Shown here: one piece after another, positions 27,593 through 40,049 of the stretch | Numbering within the stretch: position 1 is the first letter of the stretch | Layout of the letters: every line of letters starts with the position of its first letter | NCBI RefSeq assembly: GCF_009914755.1 | Contig: NC_060930.1 | Reading direction: 5' to 3' (one strand) | DNA length: 64,000 nt | Source of the DNA: the human T2T-CHM13v2.0 reference genome, Homo sapiens | Notes under the pieces: model-generated | Seen by the model: only the letters and a program-made list of their open reading frames with translations | What the model was told of the DNA's origin: nothing | Databases searched by the model: none | Translations under genes and position numbers: made by a program

Positions 27593-30500
27593 GTACAGAT
27601 GAAGTGAATTCTGTGTGAGTGGGTCCATTGACTCAGGACAGCTTAGCCATTGCTGCGGTTAGTTTAAAGTCGAGGCAGGGCCAAGAAGGCAGGCTTGCAT
27701 CAAGTCAGACCTTTTCTTTCACATATAAATCTATGAATAAAACCACTATTGAATAGTGTTACTATATCCTTAGAGTTGTTTGTATAAACCATTCAGGGGT
27801 GAATTGTTCATTAAAGTGAATTGGGGTATGCGTTTACCACTTAATCTCTTAATGCTATCCCTCCAAAAGTAGATATGTGAGAGATGACTGTGGATAGGAT
27901 AAAGGCTATATGAATTCTGAATTTAGAGTGTGAGTGAAAGTTCAATAACAGCTCAGAGCTGCTCTGGTTTGGACATGGACCAGCAAAAACAAACTGGGGA
28001 CTACGTATCCACTACCCGTCAGCTACCTAGACTTGTTTATAAATTCAGGTACTGAGCACAGCACAGTATGGCTATCATAGAGGGAAAATTAAACTGAGTC
28101 ACAAAATGCATTTTATAATAACACAGTAATGCATTTCATCCCTGGGTATAAATTGAAAATGTGCCTATTACAGAGTGTTTTAAAAATTCACTGGAATTAT
28201 TGTTCTAGCATAGGTAAGTTTGAATAAAAAGAGTAAAATGAAATCAGTCTAGTCTTAAAATTGAACTTTTAAAACAAGAAAAATCATTACAACTACTAAG
28301 ATTATTTTTAAAGGTATCACTTAATGACTTAATTACATCTTGCTATCATTATCTCTATTTTGTATACAATCCATTTCTGTATTTTACCATAACTGGGAAA
28401 ATTAAGAATATACGTGATCTTTAACCAGATCAAAAACCTTCATATCCCATGCTGATTATTCAGCTGCCTCTGAATCCTGTATCTTCACGCTGCTCTCACG
28501 TGTGCTGCCTGATAAGTATATGTGAGGTTGTAAGTTATTCCTTACTCGCGGTTCCAGGTGCTCTTGTGGATTTTGACCTGGAGAGTCTTTTCTTAGGGCA
28601 GGGTCTTTCACATGGTCTACTTCTACTTTATTAGACCCATAATTAGGTGTTTAAGGCCCAGGAATGAAATTATTACTCAGCATTTACCATGCCTTCATCA
28701 GTTTCATTCACCAGAAGTTTCCAGTTGTGCAGTTTCACCGCTCTGCATGCCAACATCATCGCTTATTGAGCGTACAGGAACCAATGGGAGCCGTTAAACA
28801 GCCCCATGAGTAGGAAAATTTTTTTAAAGGGAAGAGCATCCAATGTTGTGAACATTTGATCTTCTTGCTAGAAGATCAAAATGAAAGGCTCAAAAATCCC
28901 AGGATTCAGTTTCTAAACATTTGGTTTTCAGCCTTAGACGACCCAATGAGGATGGGTTCCATTGCTTGTTAGACAAGTTCTGACAAAGGACAAGTTGTAC
29001 TTTTTAGGTTTTCTTTAGAAGAAGGAGATATGAAGAAGCAAAAGAAGAATAAAGAACAACCCATTTTCATTTGCTTTTAGGAAACTCTGGTAAGCTCATG
29101 GCTCACATAGGATTTAAGTGTTTGATCCACATGTTCAGCTTCTCACTTTTCTCACCTCACTTGGATAGAAGGTATAGCCTGCCGTCTCCTTCAGACATGC
29201 ACATAACTAACCCAGCCCACTAGATACTAGCCTTTGTGAAGACCTCCTGAAAGTGATTCTATGCTTGTATGACTGTTCATGGTTTAACAAGACTCACATG
29301 CCACATACTTCCTATTTCATGGCCAAAGCCTAATCCCTCTTTTTCTGTCCACACAGGCAATGCAGAATAGCTGATAATTATGCTTTGTGTCAAACCTCCC
29401 ACTTCCTAAATAATTACAAATTTCTCTGTCCTTTTTTTTCCCACTAGACTAAATAATAGATATGTATAACCCTTTTTTATATAGCTTATTTTCTGCAGTT
29501 TACTTTTGTGTTCTAAGTCTTCTCCAAAATGTCTATATTGTTCATTAGTTAAGGATCCTTAGACTGTTTTCTGCTGAGGGAATGACTCATGAGTCGGTAA
29601 AGATGAGTGGAATTTCTTGCAGGTCTATGTGCTGCATTTCCATTCACATGCCCTGCTTTCAATTTGATTTTTGAAAACACTGCTGATAAGAAATCATAGT
29701 CATATTTATGTCCTGTGAGAAAATAAGGTTCTGCTATAAAGGTCCACTCCTGCCATCTTCTCACACAATCTGTCATGTACCATGTGGCACTTGTACCAAA
29801 TCCATGGGTCTTTCTTTACACCAAATTCTGTAGTTTGTTTTTCCATGAAACACTTTTCCAATCCTATAAAATTTAGTTCTGCCTACGCCCTTACAATGTA
29901 TTACTTGACACTGCAGCTGATGTCACCTGTACAGTCACTGAGCATGCTTCCTATTTCATCCAAAACAAACAAGTAAATGCAGAACGAACTCCTGTGAAGC
30001 CACTTTTGGTATCTTCTGCCATCTCCCAATGAGTCATGAGTAACTACATCTCTTCCAACCATTTTGCATCCATGTCAAGCAGACCATATTTTTAGTGCAC
30101 CTACTTTTTGATAAATACATTATATGGCCTGGACCAAAACCTTAAAAAGAAAAGGGGGGCAAGTTGCATTACATGTTTTGTTTCTTTTTGTATTATGAGA
30201 GATTAGGAAGCCCAACTCAGCGATTCAAATGAAATTCTATGCAAAGAACGATTATAATTTGGGGGACAAAGTGACAAATACTTGGATGAAAAACAATTAT
30301 GTAGAGAAGGGTCCAGGAGAATTTTATCATTCACATCTTTGCTTAAGGAGGTCCTTACCTAAGATATTGCAGTAGGCAGTCATTAAACCTACGTGGTTAG
30401 GAATATCTTTGATTCCATACCTTCTTTGCCAAATTGATTTCTTACAAAGCCATTCCTTCTTTATTTTACTACTCTGTTTAGAGGAAATCAAGAAACAGGA

Positions 30501-30956
30501 GAGAATAATGAAACAAAGCACAGAAGAAAACGTCAGTGATTTGTATTCACTGAATTCAATATTGTGTGTTACTTCTATTGCAAAAGAGAATGTGAATGGA
30601 AGAAAAAAGAGGAGAGAGGGAACTATTAATAGAGTAGATTACATTGAATTAATCTTATTTGTTTCTCTCAGGGAAGAAATAAGCATAGTGAAAAATCACA
30701 CAATGGAAACCATCCCTTCCCCTGACCTGTTCCCAGTGTTAAGATAACAGAGGGAAGGAAGATCAATGCTCTGCCAGAGGTCCACAAACTAAGCTGACCA
30801 CTTTCTTTTGAATGGTACATAAGCTGAGAATGGCTTTACATTTTTTAATGGTTGAAAAAATCAAAATAAAAATAATATTTCGTGACATTTGAAAATTAAA
30901 TTACATAAGTTCACATTTCAGTGTCCATACATTAAGTCTTACTGAAACACAGCCTT

Positions 30957-31246
30957 GGCCAGGCCTGGTGGCTCACGCCTGTAATCCCAGCACTTTGGGA
31001 GGCCGAGGCGGGCAGATCACTAGAGGTCAAGAGTTCGAGACCAGCCTGGCCAACGTGTTGAAACCCCATCTCTACTAAAAATACAAAAATTTGCTGGGCA
31101 TAATGGTGGGTGCCTGTAATATCAGCTACTTGGGAGGATGAGACAGACAGAATTGCTTGAACCCAGGAGGCAGAGGTTGGAGTAAGCCGAGATTGCACCA
31201 CTGCACTCCAGCCTGGGCCACAGAGCAAGACTCCGTCTCAAAAAAA
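30957..31246 (+). mobile_element. AluS
   Basis: Full dimeric Alu GGCCAGGCCTGGTGGCTCACGCC...GACTCCGTCTCAAAA. Confidence 0.93.
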
Positions 31247-31354
31247 GAAAGAAAGAAGAAAGGAAGAAAGGAAGAGAAAGAAAGTGAGAGAGAGAAAGAA
31301 AGAAAAGAAAGAAAGAAAAAGAAAAGAGAGGGAGAAAGAAAGGAAAGAAAGAAA

Positions 31355-31419
<65 letters not shown>

Positions 31420-31474
31420 AAAGAAAGAAAGAAAGAAAGAAAGAAAGAAAAGGGGAAGGGGAAGGGGAAGGGAA
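31240..31474. repeat. Compound (GAAA)n / (GGGAAG)n polypurine microsatellite grown from the Alu tail
   Basis: About 230 nt of almost pure purine, seen directly. Confidence 0.95.
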
Positions 31475-32279
31475 GCCACGCTCATTCACTTAGGTATTCG
31501 CTGTGGCTACTTCCTACAAGAACTGATTTGAGTATCTGTGAGAGCAACAATGTGGTTCCCAAGCCTAAAGTATTTACTGTCTGGCCCTTTACAGGTAGAG
31601 TTTTCTGACACCAAGCAGAGTACAAAAATTCAATTTAATAAATAAATTTAAGAGGCAGAGAGAGATTTTAGTGACAATTAGAGCGAAGTGTGTTTTGTAA
31701 TGATGGAACTGCTTTTGAACCCTGGTTACATTTTTAAAAGGTCAGGCCAGGCAGCACAGACACAATCCCCAGTGTTGCTGATGTCTGTGAGTGATCACTT
31801 TGGTGACAGTGAGGCATCAACAATCAGTTTGGCAATAGCAACATTATTTATTCTATATCTTCTTTTTCCTTCAAAGTGTTTTTTCTACATTATGAAAAAC
31901 AATGGGAGGGAAGGCCAGTGTGACTATTAATAAGACTTGCACTAAGCATTTTGCATCTTGTCAAGCAGACCATATTTTTAGTGCATCTACTTTTTGATAA
32001 ATACATTACATGGCCTGGACCAAAACCTTAAAAAAAAAAAAAAAGGGCAAGTTGCATTACATGTTTTTTTTCCTTTTTGTATTATGAGAGATTAGGAAGC
32101 CAGTTTTAATAAGGGATTTTTAGCAGTTTTAATAAGGAATTTTTCAAAATACTTAGCCTTATTTTTAAATTGTAAGTTAATTCCTTCATGTTTCTATGCT
32201 TAGTCAATAACAAATACACAAGAAAAAAGCCTCATAAACCATCATAACTGCATTGTAAGGAATATTCATACTGTAAGGG

Positions 32280-32656
32280 TGTATTAATTCCATTTCACGC
32301 TGCTGTGAAGAAATACCTGAGACTGGGTAATTTATAAAGGAAAGAGATTTAATTGACTCACAGTTCCACAGGGCTGAGGGGGCCTCAGGAAACTTACAAT
32401 CATGGCAGAAGGGGAAGTAAATATGTCCTTCTTCACATGGTGGCAGGAAGGAGAAGTGCTGAACAAAAGGAGGAAAGCCCCTTGTAGAAGCATCAGATCT
32501 TGTGAGAACTCACTCACTATCACGAGAACAGTATGGAGGTCACCGCCCCCATGATTCAATTACCTCCTACCAGGTTCCTCCTTGCTAGGATTATGAGGAC
32601 TATGGGAACTACCATTCAAGATGAGATTTGGGTGAGGACACAGCCAAACCATATCA
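32280..32656 (-). mobile_element. THE1/MST (MaLR) solo LTR
   Basis: TGTATTA...CAGCCAAACCATATCA termini. Flanks AAGGG/AAAGG. Confidence 0.88.
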
Positions 32657-33232
32657 AAAGGCAGTTGCCTAAGATGATGTGAAATCACCAGTGATTAAGA
32701 CTTGATCCATCTTCAATTTTCAAAGCAGAAACCAGAAATCATTTTCCATTGAGCCACTCTGACTTTTCAAAAGACATTTGTCAGAAATCCAGTTTGCCCT
32801 GCTAACTCCCAAGTAGAAAAATCTAAGTTTAGGTCATGTAAGGATGTTTATACATTTGTACAATTGGAGGAATTAATAAAAAATCTAATTCCATTTTGAT
32901 TAGATCAGTTCTCTGGGTGAGTGGAGATAGCTGTTCCAAGTCCATGGATCCGATTATGCTCCTGAAGGGATTAAAATCTTAGATACAGGAGAGATAAAGA
33001 GAGGGTTGCTAAAAGTGTGCAAAATTAAAGTTTGGAATCCTATCCGAGAACCCAAGTATGAATAATATTCTAGCACTCTACTAAAGGAAACAAACTTCTG
33101 TGCATTCTTTTGTCTCTAAAGATAGAAAGTATTTCTGAATTTGAAAGTAATCCAGCTTTTGGTATTCTTATAAAAACATTACAAAAATGATAGTAACAAC
33201 TAACTGCATTTTTGTGGATCTGCTCATTTCAG

Positions 33233-33361
33233 ACGAAAGTAGGCGGTACGAACCCTAATGGAGGCAGTTTTGAGGAGGTCCTCAGCTCCACGGCCCATGC
33301 CAGTGCCCAGAGCTTGGCAGGAGGCTCCCGGCGGACCAAGGAGGAGGAGCTGCAGTGCTAA
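33233..33361 (+). CDS. TPD52L1: Terminal coding exon (TKVGGTNPNGGSFEEVL...TKEEELQC*)
   Basis: CTAAC branch point, tttcAG acceptor, and TAA at 33359-33361. Matches the D53 C-terminus. Confidence 0.97.
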   Translation, partial: TKVGGTNPNGGSFEEVLSSTAHASAQSLAGGSRRTKEEELQC

Positions 33362-33873
33362 GTCCAGCCAGCGTGCAGCTGCATCCAGAAACCGGCCACT
33401 ACCCAGCCCATCTCTGCCTGTGCTTATCCAGATAAGAAGACCAAAATCCCGCTGGGAAAAACCCAGGCCTTGACATTGTTATTCAAATGGCCCCTCCAGA
33501 AAGTTTAATGATTTCCATTTGTATTTGTGTTGATGATGGACCACTTGACCATCACATTTCAGTATTCATAGATGACTGTCACATTTTAAAATGTTCCCAC
33601 TTGAGCAGGTACACAACTGGTCATAATTCCTGTCTGTGTAATTCGATGTATATTTTTCCAAACATGTAGCTATTGTTTGCTTTGATTTTTGCTTGGCCTC
33701 CTTTATGATGTGCATGTCCTTGAAGGCTGAATGAACAGTCCCTTTCAGTTCAGCAGATCAACAGGATGGAGCTCTTCATGACTGTCTCCAGCAATAGGAT
33801 GATTTACTATAAATTTCATCCAACTACTTGTGATCTCTCTCACCTACATCAATTATGTATGTTAATTTCAGCA

Positions 33874-33879
33874 ATTAAA
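33874..33879 (+). terminator. Candidate proximal poly(A) signal ATTAAA of TPD52L1
   Basis: Variant hexamer ~510 nt after the stop, followed by a T-rich tract. Further candidates are AATAAA 34319-34324 and ATTAAA 34744-34749. Confidence 0.65.
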
Positions 33880-33970
33880 AGAATTGATTTTAATGACTTT
33901 GAATTCTTAATTTCTTTGTCTTAAAAGTTGCTAGTTATGATTTTACAGATGCAATTTTAAATCAACTTTT

Positions 33971-34270
<300 letters not shown>

Positions 34271-35856
34271 GTAGTCAACTTTTACTGCTAATTTGGTGAA
34301 CATGAGAGAGGATATGAAAATAAATATTACCTCAGCTATCCTAGGATGTTAAAATAATCTCCAATTTTAAAATTCTCTCCAATCTACATACAGTAGTAGT
34401 TAGTCAGATAAAGGATATCCAAAAAAGAGATAGCTAGAAAATGGGAGAAGCAGAGTTCTGCAACCCCTTTCAGTTTGTAAATTGTTCACATGTATGAAAA
34501 TAACTGGTATTTATCAATCCACTCAGATTTCTGCACTAACTTTTATCTTATATATCATATGTATCTCTTTTCTTTTTCTAAATGGGAACATATATTTGTT
34601 ATTAGGTGGCAGAGATATAGCCTTAAGATATATTTGTAAAATGCACACTGAATAGACATCCAACCTAAAAAAAATCACTATTTAAAAAGCCCATATAATA
34701 TATACATATTTGTTAGCATGCTAATTGTTCATGTTTTGTGTTTATTAAATAGAAGTGATATATATGACATTTTGAAGTAAAGCACATCTGAAAAATTCTA
34801 CTCAAATTAATGGAGCATGACAATCTGTGCAATCTGTACACCTAACTGAAAATCAAGGTGGTTCAGGACAACATCATCTCTGAGGCCTGGAATCTTAGCA
34901 GAGAGAATGGGGCTGTAAACTTGACCAGAGTGGACAAATGTAGACAAAGAAAGCTCACTAGCAGGGATGCTGGCATTCTCCCTTATTTGTGCTTCCAGCC
35001 TGTTGGTTGAAGTAGAGGCAGGAAACCAACCCTGCCCAGCTGGTTCTCAGGCCGTGCTGGCTCGCCCACCACAGCACACAAGTACTCAGTCTCTGTGCCC
35101 AATCTATAGCTGCCTGTTGAGTGTGAAGTGGCTAACTTGTGAAAACTCCCTGCCACCTTCTTTTTTTACCATATTCAGCACACCGCATTGTATTAGATAA
35201 AGTTATGGTACTTTAAACAAATATCTCCGTTCACCAACCAATTTCTGCACACCATAGTCTCAGCCTTATAATCTGAAAACACAATATTAGAATTGGATAG
35301 AAAAACAATCAAGAAAACTTGTGGTAATATCTTAAAGCTTCCAACACATTTTAGCTATTTATTTTATTCCATTCATCAAAATTCTGATTTCATTAGTTTG
35401 GTAAGAATCTTATGCACATCATCTCTATTCATCTAAAAGCTTTTCATTATTCACTCTGACCTAGAAGTGATATTCATAATGGCCATGGCATAAGTAGCAT
35501 TTTTTATTTTTGTCATAAAATGTGTGTGAATAACTCAGATTAGATAAATCAAACACTTGTTGGTAGGTGGGCAGTCTTACCTAGTTTAGGCAGTGAGCCT
35601 ACTCTTAGCTTCAGGAGCATCACTAAGAGCTGCCTGGTCCTCCCTCACCATGGGTGTGCAAGATCATCCTGATGGGACTGATTGCTGAGCTTCTCAATTA
35701 CATCTAGTGAGGCTCAGTTCACAAGCAGTAGTTTAAAGTGTTTCACAAGTCCTAAAAAGTAATTGCACACAATGGACATAACCTTTTACTAACAAACCAA
35801 AATGACTTCAGGTCAACACCATGTGTGTATGAAAGGATACCTCCACAGAAAATGTA

Positions 35857-36592
35857 CAGTTGACCCTTGAACAACAGGAGTTTGAACTGTGAGGGTCCAC
35901 TTATGTGCAGATTTTCTTCTGCCTCTGGCACCCCTTGAAACAGTGATACCAACCTCTCCCCTTCTGCAGCCTACTCAACATGAAGACAATGAGGATAAAG
36001 ACCTTTATCATCATCTGCTTCCACTTAATGAATAGTACATATATTATCTCTGTTGTTTTTCTTTTAACATTTTGTTTCCAGAGCTTACTTTATTGTAAGA
36101 ATACCACATGTAATGCATATAACATAAAAATATGTGTTAATTGGCCATTTATGTTATCAACAAGGCTTATGGTCAACAGTAGCTGTTGGTAGTTAGGTTT
36201 AGGGGGTGTCCAAAGTTAGAATCAGATTTTTGTTTTATTTATTTATTTATTTATTTGAGACTGAGTCTCACCCTGTTGCCCAGGTTGGAGTGCAGTGGTG
36301 CAATCTTGGCTCACTGCAACCTCTGCCTCCTGGGTTCAAGCAATTCTCTGCCTCAGCCTCCCGAGTAGCTGGGATTACAGGCACCTACCACCACGCCTGG
36401 CTAATTTTTGTATTTTTAGTAGAGACAGGATTTTACCATCTTGGCCAGGCTGGTCTTGAACTCCTGACCTTGTGATCCACCTGCCCTGGCCTCCCAAAGT
36501 GTTGGGATTACAGGCGTGAGCCACAACTCCCAACCTAGAATCGGATTTTTGACTGTGCAGGCCTAATCCCCGAGTGGCTCAGGCGTCAATTC
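35857..36592 (+). mobile_element. Tigger2a/MER28-like TcMar element split by an Alu
   Basis: TA|CAGTTGACCCTTGAACAAC terminal inverted repeat, with a degenerate partner near 36575-36592. Confidence 0.75.
36232..36535 (-). mobile_element. AluS with a (TTTA)n tail
   Basis: Antisense Alu. 15-bp TSD TAGAATC(A/G)GATTTTT at 36217 and 36536. Confidence 0.93.
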
Positions 36593-36757
36593 TTTCAATT
36601 ATCAAAAATTCTGATGCAATTGTGATTACAAAACAAACTAGCTTTTAAAAAAAGTAAGCCATTCTGAAATTTAACCATTTACCACATTTTAAACACAGTT
36701 GCTATGATGAACATATTTGTAAATTTACAGTGCTACTTTATCTCACAACTCACATCA

Positions 36758-37087
<330 letters not shown>

Positions 37088-37897
37088 TCATTTTAGCAAT
37101 GCAATCTGCATATCTTACTCTAAATTACACATTTTGTTAGAAATCTGTTCTTGAACCATAGCAAACAGAACAAAGTGCATGCTTTAGGATGTGTCTTCAT
37201 GATATGCCATGCCGTTCACAGTGGCCAGTGTAGAGGGAACCCAGGGATCTACACGGCTCTTCTGTCACTGTTCATTGTTCCAAAATTACGTGTAAGCTTT
37301 AAAGTTGTTCAACATCAACCCCATCGTCCTCCTCTCACTTAGTATTCAATTTGAGTGGAAGTAGTGTGATAAAGGAAGATGGTGGTAAGGTTGAAAAGTG
37401 ACTTAATATGAAATGTGAAACAACTTCTTCAAACCTAGCATTCAAATGTAATTTCAAACTATAACAATATTTGGCAAAATCTTATGGCTACTTTTGATAA
37501 CTTCTAAGCATGGTAAAATTCTTTATGCTACATTTCTGCTTGACTTTCAGTTCACACCAGAGGGTATATTCATGTACACACACATTATATATATAATATA
37601 TATAATACATATCCATCCATCATATATATATATAAATTAAAGCAAACCAAAAATGACAAAATCATGTCTTTCACAGAAATCATCCCATTTCACCTTTGAA
37701 TGTGAAGACTGACAAATTGCTTAAATGAAAATGCTGAGTACAGAGATGCTTTTTTTTACAAAGCGCTTCATCAGTCATTTACCCCAGAGCATGTATCACC
37801 ACCACAAGGCTTTGAGGTGGATCAACATTTTTCAAATACAAGGGCATTGAGAATTATGTAATAGCTGGTAAAATACCAATCCATAAGGGGAAAACAG

Positions 37898-37942
37898 TGT
37901 AGGGAAAATGGCTGTGCTTTAGTCAGGAGTAAGCTGAGGTGG
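37898..37942 (+). repeat. Truncated outer LTR stub (first ~45 nt of LTR18)
   Basis: TGTAGGGAAAATGGCTGTGCTTTAGTCAGGAGTAAGCTGAGGTGG aligns to the starts of both full LTRs. Confidence 0.9.
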
Positions 37943-38299
37943 TGTTGCAAAACTGAATGGCCTTAGACATACTAACTGCTGCCCAAGGAGGCACCTGTAT
38001 CCTTTTAGGAACACGATGTTGTACCTTTATCCCTGACAATTGGCAGAACATAACAGCAGTTCTGCAAGGGGTCTCATGGGAAATTAAGTTGGTTGAGAGC
38101 CTTATTGATGGCCCCCTGCAGAGACGGTGGGCATCCCTGGTCTCTGGCCTATGCTGGGCCCTAAAAGTCATAACTAGTATAGCTGGGATCCTAGTAGTGA
38201 GCTGTCGCTCTCTGTATTGTTGTGGGTTATGGATCCAGGGCTCTGCCCTATGGGCATGTATCCCTACCTGAAAGACTTCCCTTGGCCTAGGGGGTAGAG
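37937..38299 (+). pseudogene. Duplicated env 3' end (TM subunit) plus polypurine tract
   Basis: Colinear with 44161-44524. LQN*MALD immunosuppressive domain, CILLGTRCC (CX6CC) motif, and a purine tract before the LTR. Confidence 0.9.
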
Positions 38300-38638
38300 T
38301 GTAAGGTAAATCGTTGTGCTTTAGTCAGGAGTACGCCAAGGTGGCCTTCTGGTGCACCATGACTCAGAGGGTTTGGAGTGCAGGCACACAACTGTGCACA
38401 TTATGTAACCCCGCCACATGAGGCACATTGTGACCACTCACATGAGCTTGTGCTTGGCTTGCAGCCACTATTGTCTGTAAAAGGTACAACTACCCAGCTG
38501 ATGCTGTACATATAGCTCACATCCAGAGAAAGAACAAAGCCATGTCAAAACCGCCTGTGATTCCTTGAGTGTTTTTCCAGCTACCCACCACCTGCCCACC
38601 GTCTCCTCTCGGACCTCAGCTTGGGCTAGAATCTGACA
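38300..38638 (+). repeat. LTR18 (central LTR, 339 bp)
   Basis: TGTAAG...CTGACA. Preceded by the polypurine tract and followed by the primer binding site. Confidence 0.92.
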
Positions 38639-38640
38639 AT

Positions 38641-38658
38641 TGGTGCTGTAAGCAGGAT
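38641..38658 (+). promoter_or_regulatory. Primer binding site complementary to tRNA-Ser
   Basis: TGGTGCTGTAAGCAGGAT differs at two positions from TGGCGCTGTGAGCAGGAT, the complement of a tRNA-Ser 3' end as I recall it. It lies 2 nt after the LTR. Confidence 0.85.
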
Positions 38659-40049
38659 CATGAGGTGAGTGAGCCTTTGGTCCCTGCTGATTCCAGGTCG
38701 GCCATGTGGCCAGAACATGGGCTGTGGTACCCAGTGGCAGCTGTACTGCTCGGATGGGCTCTGGTGGAAACCCGGGCAGTGGTAGATGGGTCATGCTTCA
38801 GTGCACAGACAAGGCACTGAAGCAGCTGGAAGCACAGAGCACCAACAAGGAGAGAGCCTTCGAGGGCTGGGTCTGTTGTCTTAGCTGGAGATCCCCACTC
38901 AGTCTGATACCGTGGAGGAAGGACCCCTGTTGTGGGCTTGCTCAGTGGCCTGTCGGAAGGTAAATCATGAACAGCCATTGGGGCCCCAAGGGTGGGCTCA
39001 GGGACACCCCTCCCCCAGCTCCAGGTAGCTCTCTTCTTTGTTAACCGTGCAACGGTTTTGTCATTTGAGCTAATGGGGCACAAATGCCCCCCAATATCCC
39101 AGGAAGCCCACCCGAGTGGTAACACAACACAATTCATATATTTCCTATACCCCAACTGAGTTGCAGGAATTAGGCAAGTAGTGCCGCCAGTGTCCAGGGG
39201 AACCCCTGCCCAACTGCATGCTTCATTTGTGGGATGAGGGAGCAGACAGTATCCCTGTTCTGCCTCTGGGATGGAAAAGCTGGCCTCCATCATGACTCCC
39301 CTCCCTCCTTCAGTGGTTGCAAGTAAGCAGGTGGCTAGTGGCAGGGCAAGGTTACCACACCCTGATTGAGTGGCTTTGGGCAGCCATATGGACTGTGTGA
39401 AATGACATTGGTGAAATAACTGAAACTGTGAGTAAATGGCAGTCATATGCTGATTTGGTGCAAGTCATCTGGGCGATGGTTATATGGCAGGCTATGTTTG
39501 ACCTGAATACCCGGGGGCCAGGTGATGAATGTTTACCTCTGCACCCCCGAGCACCTTTGGCTTCCTAGCTGCTGTCCTCACCCTGTAGGTAGGGCACCGC
39601 ATACATGAAGTGACCACTGCTATAGCAGCTCTCGGGGAAGCAGAAGGCCTTCGGTGGGACTGAGGGGTCCACACCATAAAGAAGAGGAAGGTGCCCTGCC
39701 CACAGGGGGCTCCCGCATGGGCAAAAAGGGGGCCCCAATGAGTGACACACTCACAGATGTGGATAGATTTGATTTTGTCCAGGGTTGACTGAGAGAAAAT
39801 CAATAAACTGCCCAATGAAGTATTCTTAACTTTGTGGAGACACTTGTCTCCAGAGAAGCAATTCTGGAAAATACCAAGGGGAAGAAGGACATTGCTGCGT
39901 GACCCATTCCCGCCCAGGTGCTCCAACTCAAGGACTACTTGCTGCAGCCAGGCTGAAATGTAGAGCCTTTTCTGTTTGATTAGGGAACTGGCCAATGTGC
40001 CCAGCTTGGGGGGACACCAGATGACCAGTGGCCACATGTAGAATTAGCA

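Larger units (their letters stand above)
30775..31612 (+). mobile_element. MER58B-like hAT MITE split by an Alu
   Basis: Left part CTGAGAATGGCTTTACATTTTTTAATGGTTG...GAAACACAGCC. Right part GCCACGCTCATTC...TATTTACTGTCTGGCCCTTTACAG. Confidence 0.75.

Noticed and set aside
31126-31531. Lys/Glu/Arg-rich and Phe/Leu/Ser-rich ORFs of 70-124 aa
   Set aside because: They are translations of an Alu and the GAAA microsatellite.
33258-33473. 71-aa ATG ORF overlapping the TPD52L1 last exon
   Set aside because: It lies after the TAG of the RRK* frame and would need re-initiation. Nothing else supports it.
38658-39446. Longest ORF in the track (262 aa, minus strand)
   Set aside because: It is antisense to degraded gag with no recognisable domain. 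An antisense retroviral protein is not supportable from this alone.
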